The notes under the pieces: generated by a model
What the model was told of the DNA's origin: nothing
Seen by the model: only the letters and a program-made list of their open reading frames with translations
Databases searched by the model: none
From: Dudresnaya verticillata
Taxonomy: Eukaryota
DNA length: 64,000 bases
Reading direction: 5' to 3'
Assembly: GCA_977862235.1 (NCBI GenBank)
Contig: OZ374557.1
Location: 806,001-870,000, forward strand
Program-made: the position numbers and the translations under genes
Part shown: positions 25,594 to 37,703 of the stretch, in pieces
How the letters are laid out: each line of letters opens with the position of its first letter
Numbering within the stretch: position 1 is the first letter of the stretch

Positions 25594-25611
25594 TGGTCTC
25601 CCGACCTAGAA
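25594..25611 (+). promoter_or_regulatory. Primer-binding site of element C
   Basis: TGGTCTCCCGACCTAGAA 5 nt after the LTR end. Confidence 0.88.
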
Positions 25612-25736
25612 TACCGTCACGGTTGGAAGAAACAGCCGTCGAAATCCGCTACGGTAGGAATTCGGCTGTGCCGACAACCCGTTACGGAATATTGGATAGA
25701 CAAGCAAGAACAACCGTTGTGTTCCGTTAAGGCATC

Positions 25737-28220
25737 ATGCAGAACGAAGAACACGCAGACCCTCCCGTTACGGAACCTAAAGCGGGTGACACTACCCCCG
25801 CTGCGCGCAGTCTGCGCAGTGAAGAAGGTGAAATCCGTTCCGGAGTGGAGAACCCAGAAGACATCCTTAAGGGTGCTGCTGGTAAAGCTCCCCGTTCCCG
25901 TGTCGGATCAGACGCCTTGAAGAAGGCAGCTCCGCAACCCAAGCCGGAATTCCATCGGGTCCACTGGGTCCTGTCGGAGGTCCTTCCTAGGGTGTTAGAG
26001 CATCTCCGATTGAAAGTACAACCTGGAATGGTAAAAGAGGTGGAGATATCCCTCTCGGAAACTGTTCCGTCTTTTGCTAATTCCTATCTGGAGCAGCACC
26101 TTCCTCGGATAGTGCAAGCTTTGATCCTACAGGAAAAGGTGGCCGCCGAGCTCGAGAGCCAGATTGCTCCCGGCATGGCAAGGCCTCCCACTACGGAAGC
26201 TTTTACTGAGCAACCACCGTTACGGAATGACTTCCCGGTCGAGGGAAGAACGCAGCAGCCGCAACAACCCCCGTTATGGGATTGCCGCCGGGCACAGTAC
26301 CCTCTGGGCCACTGCCACCGGCTCCCGTAACGGATTCTCAACATCAACACGCCCCTGCCGGACCAACACGCACTCAGCCACCGTTACGGTATTCCCCTGG
26401 ACACGTAGATGTGCCTACGCCAGGGCGCTATCAGCAAGAGCGCTATACCGTTCCGGTTCGATCAGGTGGAGGCAGCGACCATCTCAGCGATGCGTCCAGC
26501 TCACCCCATCCGAGTCGGAGGACCGGTCTAGGTCGGCATAAACGAGATGCCCGACACTCCCGCTCTGATCCTCCCCGTCGGTCACACATGGGCGACCACA
26601 CCCAGTGACGACGCTACCAATCCGGTATGGAATCCAATGAGAGCAGCTCTGAGGATAGCCAACACCGCTGCCGCAAGAGGAGAAACAGAAGATCGCGGAA
26701 ACGTGAAAAAAGGCATGACTCCTCTACCTCTACGGATTCAAACTCAGAGATTTCTTCCGTAACGGATAGAGAATAGGAACCGGGCCAGAAAACACGGTGC
26801 CAAATCCGGAAAGGTGAAGGTAATCCGTCCGCTACATGACAAGTTTGTCAAAGCGCTGGACTACCGCACCTACCGATTGGATAAGAGGAGTAAGACATAC
26901 GGCTCTAAGTTCTCACAGAACATGAGCCGTATACGGAAGAAACTCGACGTCCAAATGTCGTCCCATACATTCGATGGGACGGACCCTATTACCGTCTTGG
27001 GTTTTCTCGCCAAGTTTCGTGACGGTTGTAACATCAACGGCATCGCCGAAGGGGTTGCCGTCTGGTGCTTCCAGTTTTTCCTTAAAGGACAGGCCGAAGC
27101 CCTTCTACAGGCTAGGCTTGCTGGAGGTACCATGGCGGCACGTGGAGCAGGCCGAGATGCTCCGCACATATTCCGAGGTGGTGAACTTTTTATTGAGAAC
27201 CTACGCTACGGATGAAGTGATTGCTGAAGCCTATACGGATGTCAGCAACTTCAGGCAAACATCCGCCATGACGGAAGAGCGGTTCTCGAACCAGCTCTGG
27301 GCCAAGGCTCTCCGTTGCGGTACAGTATTTTCCGATCGGGCATTGAATTCACTGTTCGTTGAAGGACTCGTACCGGGTACTCGTCAACAGATGAGAAATT
27401 AGCTAGCAACGCATCCCCAGTTGGATTATCAGGCCATCACTCGCTATGCGACTGGCCTGGGTCAGTTCAGGTCAGTGCAGCGGGCAGCTCGACGCCAAAC
27501 CGTTCCGACTCACGTCTTTGATGGGCGCACTAAAGCACGCCCGTCTAAGGTGTTATCGCTGGATTCCGTATCGGATGTACACTATGAGGCGCAAGGGAAT
27601 CTTTCCGCTACGGATAATCAAGTGCTAGCCGTCGAGGGAGGCCACGGTGCCGCTACGGGAACGAGCACGGGGGTTACCTTTTCTACCCCGTACTCCTCGC
27701 CCCCGCAAAGCGTCCACCCTACTCCGCCCAGGATTCCACGCGCGCAAGGTCCCCCTATGGTGGATCTCGCCCGGCTCCTGGCCCCCAACAGCAGCCGAGT
27801 CACCGTTACGGAAATAATGCCCACGATGGGCGAGGACAGCAGCAACCAGCACCTCCGCTACGGGATGAGTCGGATCCTCGGGTTCGACGCCTTTACGGAA
27901 GTGGTAACTGTCGCATCTGCCTTTCGCCAGAGCACGTTGTTTGCCCATGGATACATGACGCCGATCGGGTTAGGCTTATGGAAGAGCGCGAGCGCAACTT
28001 CCAGAAGCACTACCCTGTAGGTCGCAGGTTCGTAGTAGGAACCAGTTCGAATCCGCAAGGGAATCGGGGCAGGCCGCATACGCCCCCTCCGCAACGGAAT
28101 GCCGCGATACTATCGGTGGAGGACCATGAAGGAGTGGAACTCGCAGAATTGCGCGAGCCCATGGAGGCGGATCCGACTGGTGCAACCTTGAATTCGGAAA
28201 ACTCAAGGGGGGATGCGTAA
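25737..28220 (+). pseudogene. gag: gag of element C, disrupted
   Basis: ALDYRTYRL, FDGTDPITVLGFL and FLLRTYAT motifs shared with gag of A and D; several frameshifts. Confidence 0.85.
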
Positions 28221-31200
28221 GGGCGCCGCCATCCCCGCCTCACGTCGTTCCACCTCTCGCGAGTGTGGACCCGGGGATCGGCGAGATACCGTTACGGAAC
28301 TCCCATTGGCTTATCAGACCAATGATACTATCTGCTTTATGTAACGTCAAAATTACAAGATGCAAATTACCGTGGGACGGACAGATAGCGTGATGCTTCC
28401 TTTAATCTCCGTCTTGGACTCTGGCGCTGGGCCCAATCTCATTAGTGCCAGGCGCCTTCCGCGCCAATGGCTCCCACTCATACGCCCAGCAGCCAGTCCT
28501 CCATTACGGGATGCGTCTAATCGCGCTATACGCCCTCTTGGTCAGATCCAACTTTTCGTCCGTATCGGAGAGCTCCGTGCTCGCGTCCATTTTCTAGTGG
28601 TCGCGAACTTGGCGACTCCCTGTATATTGGGAACTACCTTCATCGACCGCTACGTGAAGGCAATCCTCCCTCCGTTACGGAAAGCTGTTTTTCATCATTA
28701 CCCACCGGTAGCCCTTGTTGGTCAAGCCAAAATTCCGAAGACGGGAACCACTGCAACCCTACAGCCCTCACCTCTTTCTACCGCTACGGTTTCTCAGAAA
28801 ATTCGTTTAGCCAAATCTACCCTTATTCCCCCTATGACTCAAACCACCGTAACGGTTAATACCCCCACTGGTGGGTTATGCTTTCTACAAAATCATCCTA
28901 AGCCGGCTTTTAAGCACCTTACGTTAATGGCTAATGGTATTATGGATGTTGTACCTAACAAACCGTTTCGGATCTGGGTCTCTAATCTTTCTAACAAGCC
29001 GGTACGGTTGCCCAAATGTACTGTCGTGGGCCTCGCCACTGCTGTCCCTTCTGCTATTTTTACCGTTGACGGTATACCTCCATTTAAGGAGGGGAGGAAT
29101 TATTCAATCATTTAATTCTAACCTTACCTCCGAAAAGGCCAGCAGCATCTCCCCTCACGACAATGAAGTAAGCAAACCCGTAACGGAAACTAAAAATACT
29201 ACCGACTGGAAGGATCAAGTCCAGATCGGCACAGAAGAAGCATCGCTCCGTAATTGGATTTTAACCCTACTCGAGGAATATAAGTCGATGTGGAGTGGCG
29301 ATCTAGGCAACATTACAGCTGCCAAGCACCGCATCGAGTTAACTCCCGGAGCGAAGCCAGTATATCAAGCCCCATACCGTGCCGGACATAAGCAGCGAGA
29401 TCTCGAAAAGACAGAGATCGATCGTATGCTTTCCGCTAAGGTAATTGAACCAGCCTCATCGGAGTGGGCCAGCCCCGTGGTTTTCGTTCCAAAAAAGGAC
29501 GGCACCATGCGGTTCTGTGTTGACTATTGAAGGCTCAATTCCGTAACGGTTAGGGACTCATATCCCTTGCCCAGGATGGATGAGTGCATAGATTCCCTTG
29601 GGGAAGCTACTGTATTTACCACCCTGGATTGCAATAGCGGATATTGGCAAGTCGAGATTCCGGAAGAGGAAAGGGACAAAACTACCTTCACTAACCATTT
29701 TGGCTTATACCGTTTTCGGAGAATGCCATTCGGATTGAAAAATGCACCGGCAACCTTCCAACGGGCAGTGGATATAATCCTTTCTACGGTTAAATGGCAA
29801 TTTGCCCTCGTCTACCTAGACGATGTAATTGTCTACTCAAAAACCGTTACGGAACATTTCCACCACCTGAAGGAAGTCCTTACACTTTTACGATCAGCTG
29901 GGGTAACGTTGAAATTGTCAAAGTGTGACTTCTTCAACGCGTCTGTACAATACCTGGGGCATGTTATCCGTCCCGGAAAATTAGAAGTGGATAATCGGAA
30001 TATCCAATCCGTTAAGGTCGCGAAGCCGCCGACTAACCAAACGGAATTGCGATCCTTCTTGGGAATGTGCAACGTGTATCGTCGATTTGTACCCAACTTC
30101 GCTCGGATCTCAGCACCGCTAAATAAGAAAACCGGCAAGGGCTCACCGTTTGAGTTTGGAATATTATCCGATACGGAATATGAAGCCTTCGAGGAACTGA
30201 AGAGACGCCTTATCTCTCCACCTATATTGGCTCTACCCCGTCACGGATATAAATATACGTTGGACACTGACGCATGTTCCCATCAAGTCGGCTGTGTCCT
30301 TCTGCAGGAACCGAATGGCGATCACCTCCCTATTGGATACTGGAGCCGAAGCCTCACCGATGCGGAGAAAAATTATACGACAACCGAAAAGGAATGCTTA
30401 GCCGTGGTCTGGAGCATGTTAACACTCCGACCCTACCTTTACGGTGACAAGTTTATTCTCCGAACAGATTACGATGCCCTGCGGTGGATCCTGAACCTCG
30501 CAGACTCATCTGGCCGCCTAGCCAGGTGGAGGCTCCGCCTATCGGAATTTGAATTTGAGGTGCAATACCGTCCTGGAATTAAGCATCAACTCGCCGATAG
30601 GATGTCGCGACTCAGAACGGATGGCGGTGACGATAGACCTTTGGATGGAGAAGTACCTTGCTTGGTCGCCGAAAACGCCGTCGACGGATTCTATGAGCAT
30701 GGAGTTTATTTAACCAATTGGGCTACATCACAAGAAACCGCTACGGACAATAACGTAATATGCGCCGTGGGGCCCGCCAGTGGGAGTGCATCCGCCTCCC
30801 CTGACAAGCCCGACGCAATAACGTCACGGTTTACTGTAATCCAAGAATCCGACGTTAAGGATGAGACAATTACCAGGGAGGAGTTCCTTGAAGCGCAAGC
30901 CAGAGACCCTTTCTGCCGTCCCAAAGCCGATGCGGTAGGCTCCCCTGGATCACAGTTTGACTATGACCGTAACGGATTCTTGGCACGCAAGTCCCAATTG
31001 GATGGTGCTCTGCAGAAGGTGGTGCCAAGCGAACTCCGTGGACGGGTATTGTATTTATCCCACTACACCCTGATGTCGGGTCACCCAGGTGGAATCAAGA
31101 TGTATTATACACTCCTACAGGATTATTCTTGGCCTCATATGGCCAACGATGTATTTGAATCCGTTCGGACATGTCGCTCCTGCGTGAAGACAAAGGGAAC

Positions 31201-32517
31201 CCGCTTTCGGAATCAAAGATTTATGAAGCTTTTCCCCGCTAGCGGACCTTTGGAGTTTGTCGCTATCGACATTCTTGGGCCACTTCCGAAGACAAAACCG
31301 GGTTATGTCTACGTTCTGGTAATAACCGATCGGTTCTATAAGCTGACGCGTTGTATTCCGTTACGGACAACAACAGCCGTTGTGGTGGCTAACGCCTTTC
31401 TGGACGTTTGGGTGTATGCGTATGGCGCACCCCAATTTGTCCTAACCGATAACGGACCGCAGTTTACTGCTATGTTCTTTGACGCAGTGTGTTCCCTACT
31501 CGGAGTCAGGCATCTACTTACCGCTGCCTACCATCCGCAGACAAATGGGCAAGCTGAGCGGTTTAATAAGACAATCGCCCAACGTTTGCGCCATTATGTT
31601 GAGGATCATCACTCCGATTGGGATTTGTACCTGAAACCGTTGACATATGCGTACAACATGCAGGTACACCGTATTACGGAAACAACACCATTTGATTTGG
31701 TGCTGACACGCCACCCATCGGACATTGTTGTACGAGGGGCTCCTGTCGAACATCAAGAAACCGTTACGGAAGGGCGTATGACCTCGGTGCTACAAAAGCG
31801 GAGCACCATGCGCCGTTTACGGTATGCGCTCCAGACAGCGCGGACTAAGCAAACAGTGGCTCAGCAAAAGCCAAGGCACTGTTTGACCGTAAGGTGCCCT
31901 TTAGGCCTATAATCCGTAACGGAGATCAATTCTATGTCGACAGGCTGCCCCATAACTTGCGGCCGGCCGAACGCCGTGAGCGGGACCGATTGGAAGGCAA
32001 ACCGGATGATGTGGGCGAGGTGGCTCAAGAAATGAAGAAACTCCTCCCGAGAGCCACGGGGCCTTATGAAGTGGAATCCGCAACGGAACATACCGTTACA
32101 ATCCGCAAGGAAGGGGTATTGATCCCAGTAAGTATCGATCGCATCACGAAGGTTCCGATCGGAGTTGCGGTTCAGCTGGCACCCTTGACAATGCCGCCTG
32201 TCACGCCATCAACCGTTTACGGAGAAGTAGTGCCACATCCAGAAGGTACTACAGTACCGCCTACACCGTCAACGGGAATTACAACCTCCGTAGCGGAACC
32301 CCTACAATCCGATACGGAATATGTGATCGACAAGATTGTCGGTCACCGCGACGAACCTACTGGGATGACATACAAAGTCCGCTGGTATGGTGACACTTTT
32401 GAGCCCGCGGAGGAGCTGCCGCAGAATTTCATCTACCGGTATTGGAAGCAAAAGAAAAAGACATCCGCTAAGGGTAAGCCACGGCGACGGGCTAATCCAA
32501 AACGTCACTCACCGTAA
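28196..32517 (+). pseudogene. pol: pol of element C (PR, RT, RNase H, integrase, chromodomain)
   Basis: VLDSGAGPN; YLDD; DTDAC; GHPG...CRSC; TDNGPQF; NGQAERFN; chromodomain YVIDKIVGH...YKVRWYG. Confidence 0.95.
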
Positions 32518-32925
32518 CGGACAGTTGGAGTGCTGGGGTGTGAGTAGAACACACAATGTTTATCGCAAGCTAAGATCGAGGCATAATGGAAACCGTTAAG
32601 GAGATGGTCGAACTGTAACTCTAAGAGTTACGTCGACGCCGCTTCGGAGCAGGGGCAACTGTATCTTCCTCGTTGCTCCCCTGACCCGTTCGTAATCCGG
32701 GTTCCCCACTCGGATCCGATTGGAATACGCGCTGCGTATTATCTCCCAAGACGCGAATCGCACTATCCATGCGCCGGCGCTGACGACGGACCACTGCGCG
32801 GAGATGAATTACCTGTTCCATCGGCCCCTCCTCTAAGGTTAGGACTTCCTGAACGGATCCTGGCAATGGGAAGCGCTGCGTACGGCAATTGCCCCGTAGC
32901 ACCTGTAACCCACTTTCCGTAGCGG

Positions 32926-35469
32926 CTAAATGAGCCGTAACCGTAACGGGGGATCCTCATCTTCTTGAAACTCTACCTTCAGGGAGATCGACGGGTTATC
33001 CCTAACCCCGGCTTCGATTGAATGCTCCGTTGAGGAAACCACCAATACGGATGGTCCTGACTCGGGTGAAGGTACGTCCTTCCGCAGCGGTGGATTCGTG
33101 TCCTTCTCTGGCGAGGCGATATAGCTTTTCCGTAACGGTTCAGGACTTGACGCGGGGACCGAGGGCTTGTCTCCAGTTGCCCCAACACTTGGGCGCTTTG
33201 CAGCCACTTCCGATACGGTGATCGGTGCCTCACTCACCGCTGGTGTGGGAGTGGGCGCCGACAGCGGAGCACTTGACGGGGGCGGTTCAGCAGCTGCAGG
33301 CATTTGCGTCGCAGGAGACAGTGCCGCCGGCACAGTATCCGGCGCCACTTCCGAAACGGTCTGCTCCTTTGAGGCCCCCTTCTCGGACGGTGCCGCAGGC
33401 TTGGGCACCGCCATAGTCGGTGCAACCACAGCTATGGGCGTTGGGGCCTTATCCGATACGGGAGTAGTAGTCTCACAATCCACATCGCGCGACGTGGGTG
33501 TCGCAAACACCGGAAGGATTGGAGCGGGTGTCTTCTCGCTACCCGCTGACATTGATGCGATGGGCATGACCTCCTCCTGTTCTTCCAAGAAGGGGTCCGC
33601 TTCTTGCTGCCTCACCGTAACGGAATCGCGCGGGTCGATTGTAAGCAAACGCCCCGCTGCCTCCTGACAGCTCCCCCAATCTTCAGCCCCGTCCAAACCG
33701 TCACGGTACGCATCCCTTGGTGCTTGGCGAGGGGCATAGCCCCCATGGGCCTGCACCTCTAAGGCCAACCATTCCGGACGCGGATCTTCTCGATGAAGGA
33801 AATATGGCTCACCCACTCCGGGCCTAAGCGGGTGCACCGATAGGACACGGTCCTCGTCCCAACTATACCCCAAGAAGCTCGGAGTGCGTTGCCAGTCCTG
33901 CTCTCCATGTACGGATAAAAGACGCTCAACCCGATGGAGAGGGTACGCCGACCCCGTCACCAAATCGGCTACGCCGACTTGGCGAATTAGGGCGATCACC
34001 ATTACGGGAAGTTGAAAAATACGGCCACAGTCCCCTCCGGGCAGGTCATCCTCATCCTGTGGGAAGCATCGCCAGTCGGCTAACTTGGTGTTATACCGTA
34101 CTCCGTAATAGGCCACCTGGAGCCACGAGAAGAGCACCAGCATTGCCCATTCCGATCGGAAGATGCGTCACAGTACATCGAGCTGATCTTGATTCGGGGG
34201 ACGCTCTCCGTTCGGATGCTTGTGATTCCACTCGCGTTCGGTGAGTAAGTCCGCCGAGAAGTATGCCACGACGGAAGGCGTGGGGACAGACAACCAACGG
34301 GTCACCTCATAACGCTCCCACCATGACGGAGCTGTAAGGTACAATTCACGACGCACCCGATACGGAAGATGGAAGAACTCCTTAGTGTTCCACGTATACA
34401 GGATTGGCGAGCCAACTTGCATTCCGTCACGGGAACGAGTTCGCAAACGGTGTTCCGTCGCGGCATCGTCCTTCCACCCATCGGCATAGCGGAACCAATA
34501 TACCGACTGGTCATAGGGGCGGTCGAAGCAAATGAATTTCACTCCGAACGGCGCACCCCGGAGACGGAAACCTTTGGCCAACAGGTGACTCACCTTTGCG
34601 GTATATCCTACCTCATCATGGCAGCGATACCACAACAAATCCGAAACGGGAGAGGTCCGCGCTTGACAATAGCCATGCACCCATCGGCTTTGCCATACAA
34701 ATTCTCTCCGATTCGGAACAACGCCAATGCATTGATTCGCCTTGAAGAGCTGCGCCATGACGGCCTTGTACCTTCTTGCTTCCAAAACGGTTGGATATTT
34801 CTCAATGTAGTAGTCCACCGTCATCGAGGGCTTAATCTTTGCCCTCTCCGCATCGGTTCTAGCCGGGCGCCCCGCGCGATGATCAAAGTGGTGCCCCGGC
34901 CAATAACCACTCGGGGCAGGGCCCTCTCCGTCACGGATATGTACCACCGGCCACCAAGGCCCCGGTGCAGGTGGATTGGTTTGCGGGGGCCCACGCATCC
35001 GTCTCGATGTACTTGAGGAAGGATGTAGACTAGCCACCATCCTACGACTCGGCATCGATACCGGTGTCGATGGTGTCCGTAACGGAATGGCCGGTAGGTC
35101 CACCAAGTTGAGCTCCTCCCCACCACGTCGGACCTCCTCGTCGTCATCCTTGGTCGCATCTTCTCCGTGACGGTGTGTCGCTGCATTCCATAACGGGGTG
35201 CTCCTTGTGGCTGGGCCAGCAGCAAACCGATTCGGATCGTAGACAGACCAGCCGCGGCCCGCCGATAGTGCCTGTGACTGTTCCGCTGCGGTAACGCCCA
35301 CGCGACCCCTCGTAGTGCGTGGTGCCACAACCGCCGAGGGCGAGGCCTGCGCTTGAGTCGAAGCATCCGTAACGGTAGGCGCACCCGGCGCTCTCGTCGT
35401 CGAGCTCGCGCGGGTACGCCGTGTCGATTGAAAGGGGGAAGGGGAGCGCTTGCTCTTCTCCCCTGCCAT
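32926..35469 (-). pseudogene. Antisense extra ORF of element C (about 847 codons, one in-frame TGA at 34168-34170)
   Basis: ORFs 34168-35772 and 32926-34143 are in frame; likely start MAGEK at 35469; Trp/Tyr-rich core flanked by low-complexity arms; possible frameshifted tail 32621-32902 ending PAPKRRRRNS. Confidence 0.8.
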
Positions 35470-35602
35470 CTTGGAAGCGGGTGCACGAAGGAGGAGGAAA
35501 ATTTGAGGAAGATAACCGTATCGGTTGTGTGTGGGTGTGGAAGCAAAGGTAATCCGTGACGGTGGGCGCCAGAGGATGTGGCGCCATTTAAGGAGGGGGG
35601 TC

Positions 35603-36277
35603 TGTGGTGAAGTGGGCCATGGCGCGCATGCGGCACGCCGACGGCGAGCCAACCGTAACGGGTGATGTGGCAATACGCCACGCTGGTGATCTGGCAACGT
35701 GTAACCGTGTCGGATGTTGTGCGCATTGCTGTACGCGGGTACGCATTTCTGTACAGCAGTGTAGCGCACCAACCATACCGGAGCATTTATAGTGTTTATT
35801 CTTTATTTTTAGTGAGTATCTGTACAGTATGTAGAGTAGTGCGCCAGCCAATGAGAACGCTGCGCATGTCCGTGTCGGAGATTGGGACCAGCAGGGCCGA
35901 TTCCACCATAGGACCAGACCACTAGGGTCTGGCCCCCACGGACCGGACCGCTCGGTGCCACCCTGACTTGTATATCAGGACGGCACCGCAGCAGCTCCTA
36001 AGGTAAACGGGTAAGCAACCTTAGCCCAATCCTTTACGGTTTTCCCCGCGCCGATCCCGTTGCGGTCTACCACCACCACCGTTACGGAGTCCGTCCCGGC
36101 ACTTGTACCACCCCCTTGTCTGTTGCTTCCCAATATCCGTCTCGGTTAGCCGCTCGCTGTTCTCCCATCTCGGTGCGAACTGCTCTACCACCGCGTGGAG
36201 GTAGTGTTGCTCTCGTCCGTTAAGGAAAGTCAGGCCAGCTGTCCGTCTCGGAGTTCGTGGGTTTTCACTACACCGCA
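35603..36277 (+). repeat. 3' LTR of element C
   Basis: TGTGGTG...CACCGCA; after PPT, before TSD. Confidence 0.95.
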
Positions 36278-36282
36278 GCTAG

Positions 36283-36485
36283 AGGTGGAGCGATCACGAC
36301 TAGACTTGGAGCGGGAACGTCTGCGCATCGAGCAGGTGGAAAGGGAGAAAGAGCGCGAGGTTCGGAAGATTGAGATGCAGCAGGAGAGGGAGCACCGCGC
36401 GGAGGAGCGCAAGGCGAAGAACGAGCTCGAGCTGGAAACGTTCAAGCTCATGATGCAGACGTTCGCCGCCGTGGCCAAGAAGTAA
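36283..36485 (+). pseudogene. Harbinger accessory protein, 3' coiled-coil part
   Basis: Continues EMEQL|EVERSRLDLERERLRIEQ...FKLMMQTF across the insertion of C. Confidence 0.8.
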
Positions 36486-36605
36486 GCGTAGCGGGAGGAG
36501 CGATGACTTCGTCTGCAGCGACGAGCGCGGAGCAGGGGTCTGGGGGCGCAGCCCCCAGCGGGGGTTCGGGACGGAGCCCCCGATTGTTGGGGAGCGATTT
36601 TCGGT

Positions 36606-37703
36606 TTACTGGGGGGTGCGGAGAGCAATGTAGGCTGCTAACGATAGGGGTTCGCACCCAAAGTACTGGAATACCGTGTTACGATGTAAACAGATCCAAA
36701 GGTTGATCAGAACCATCGCAGCGATGTACAGCAGCACCGCAGGGGACTCCATAACCTTCATCTTTCTCTTGAAGTCCACAGCGGTCCTGTAGAGTTTTAT
36801 CTCTTCGTACAACCACTCCACGGTAACTCGGTTAGAGCTTGTGGCCGCATTTAGGGCGCTTTGTAAGGCGGAGAGCGCGCTTCCCTGGTATGGGACCTCG
36901 AGGAACGCGCGTGCGTTGTATCCGCTATCACCATATAAACAGTACTGGATGAAGTTAACCAGTAATGCCTCCTCCAGCATTTCGTCCGTTTTCGCTTCAC
37001 TGTACAAGTACCAGTCATGTCGTCTGCCTTGCACAGTCCCAAACGCATGTAGAACATAACCGTCCGGCGTCGTGATGGTCTGAAACTTGACGCAGTGAAT
37101 CCTCTTGTGTCCATTATAGGCGACGTTTTGCCTAGCGTTCCCGGTCGGTCGGGCTATGCCTAGGCGTGTCCCGTCGATAAAACCAACGCAGTTGGCCAAT
37201 GCCTCTGTCTTATCCTTGACGGCTTTTGCGTAGATAGCTTCTCTCTGTTCCATGAAGCAGGGTGGCACAGCGCTCTGAAGTAGATGGCCGTACTTTTGGC
37301 AGAACGCCCTTATCGTCTGCCAAAATATCTCTGACATATGCGACGACTGTTTCCCAAACATCTCTGCTACATCGCCCCATCTGCAGGGTGATGCAAGACG
37401 TCGTAGCAGCAAGCACGTGCTAAGTAACGGCGTCGTACCGTAGCCGTTTCGATCGGTTCGCAACGCCTGTAAACCGAGGTAGGGAACCAGACAGATGATG
37501 TCTGCTCTACAGAAGCCGAACTGCTCTAATGCTTGCTGCTCGGACATGCGTTCGAAGGACACGTGAAACGATATAGACGAGATGCGCAGCACTCGGAGGT
37601 TGCGTAGGCTCAAGGCCTTCCCTTCCTCTACGACTGATACGGCGGCACGGTAAAGGTCTCTGCGATAGCACATGCAGTACCTACGCCGGATCAGAGCGCT
37701 CAC
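36606..37703 (-). CDS. PIF/Harbinger (HARBI1-like, DDE_Tnp_4) transposase, start region probably damaged
   Basis: LLRRLASPCRW; CVGFIDGT; YNGHKRIHCVKFQ; GRRHD; YGDSGY; RVTVEW. Confidence 0.9.
   Translation of the reverse strand: MSALIRRRYCMCYRRDLYRAAVSVVEEGKALSLRNLRVLRISSISFHVSFERMSEQQALEQFGFCRADIICLVPYLGLQALRTDRNGYGTTPLLSTCLLLRRLASPCRWGDVAEMFGKQSSHMSEIFWQTIRAFCQKYGHLLQSAVPPCFMEQREAIYAKAVKDKTEALANCVGFIDGTRLGIARPTGNARQNVAYNGHKRIHCVKFQTITTPDGYVLHAFGTVQGRRHDWYLYSEAKTDEMLEEALLVNFIQYCLYGDSGYNARAFLEVPYQGSALSALQSALNAATSSNRVTVEWLYEEIKLYRTAVDFKRKMKVMESPAVLLYIAAMVLINLWICLHRNTVFQYFGCEPLSLAAYIALRTPQ

Larger units (their letters stand above)
24914..36277 (+). mobile_element. Full-length Ty3/Gypsy chromodomain-bearing LTR retrotransposon C with antisense extra ORF
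   Basis: Two 675-bp LTRs; TSD GCTAG (24909-24913, 36278-36282); PBS; PPT AAGGAGGGGGG before 35603. Confidence 0.97.

Noticed and set aside
32926..35469. Extra ORF as an env gene
   Set aside because: Antisense orientation, no signal peptide or transmembrane segment evident
34821..35786. Many overlapping 60-320 aa ORFs in alternative frames, including ORFs inside LTRs
   Set aside because: Shadow frames of GC-rich TE sequence without recognisable motifs
24964..36087. CCGTWACGG copies as a CRISPR array or tandem repeat
   Set aside because: Only 9 bp, irregularly spaced, embedded in coding sequence, no cas genes
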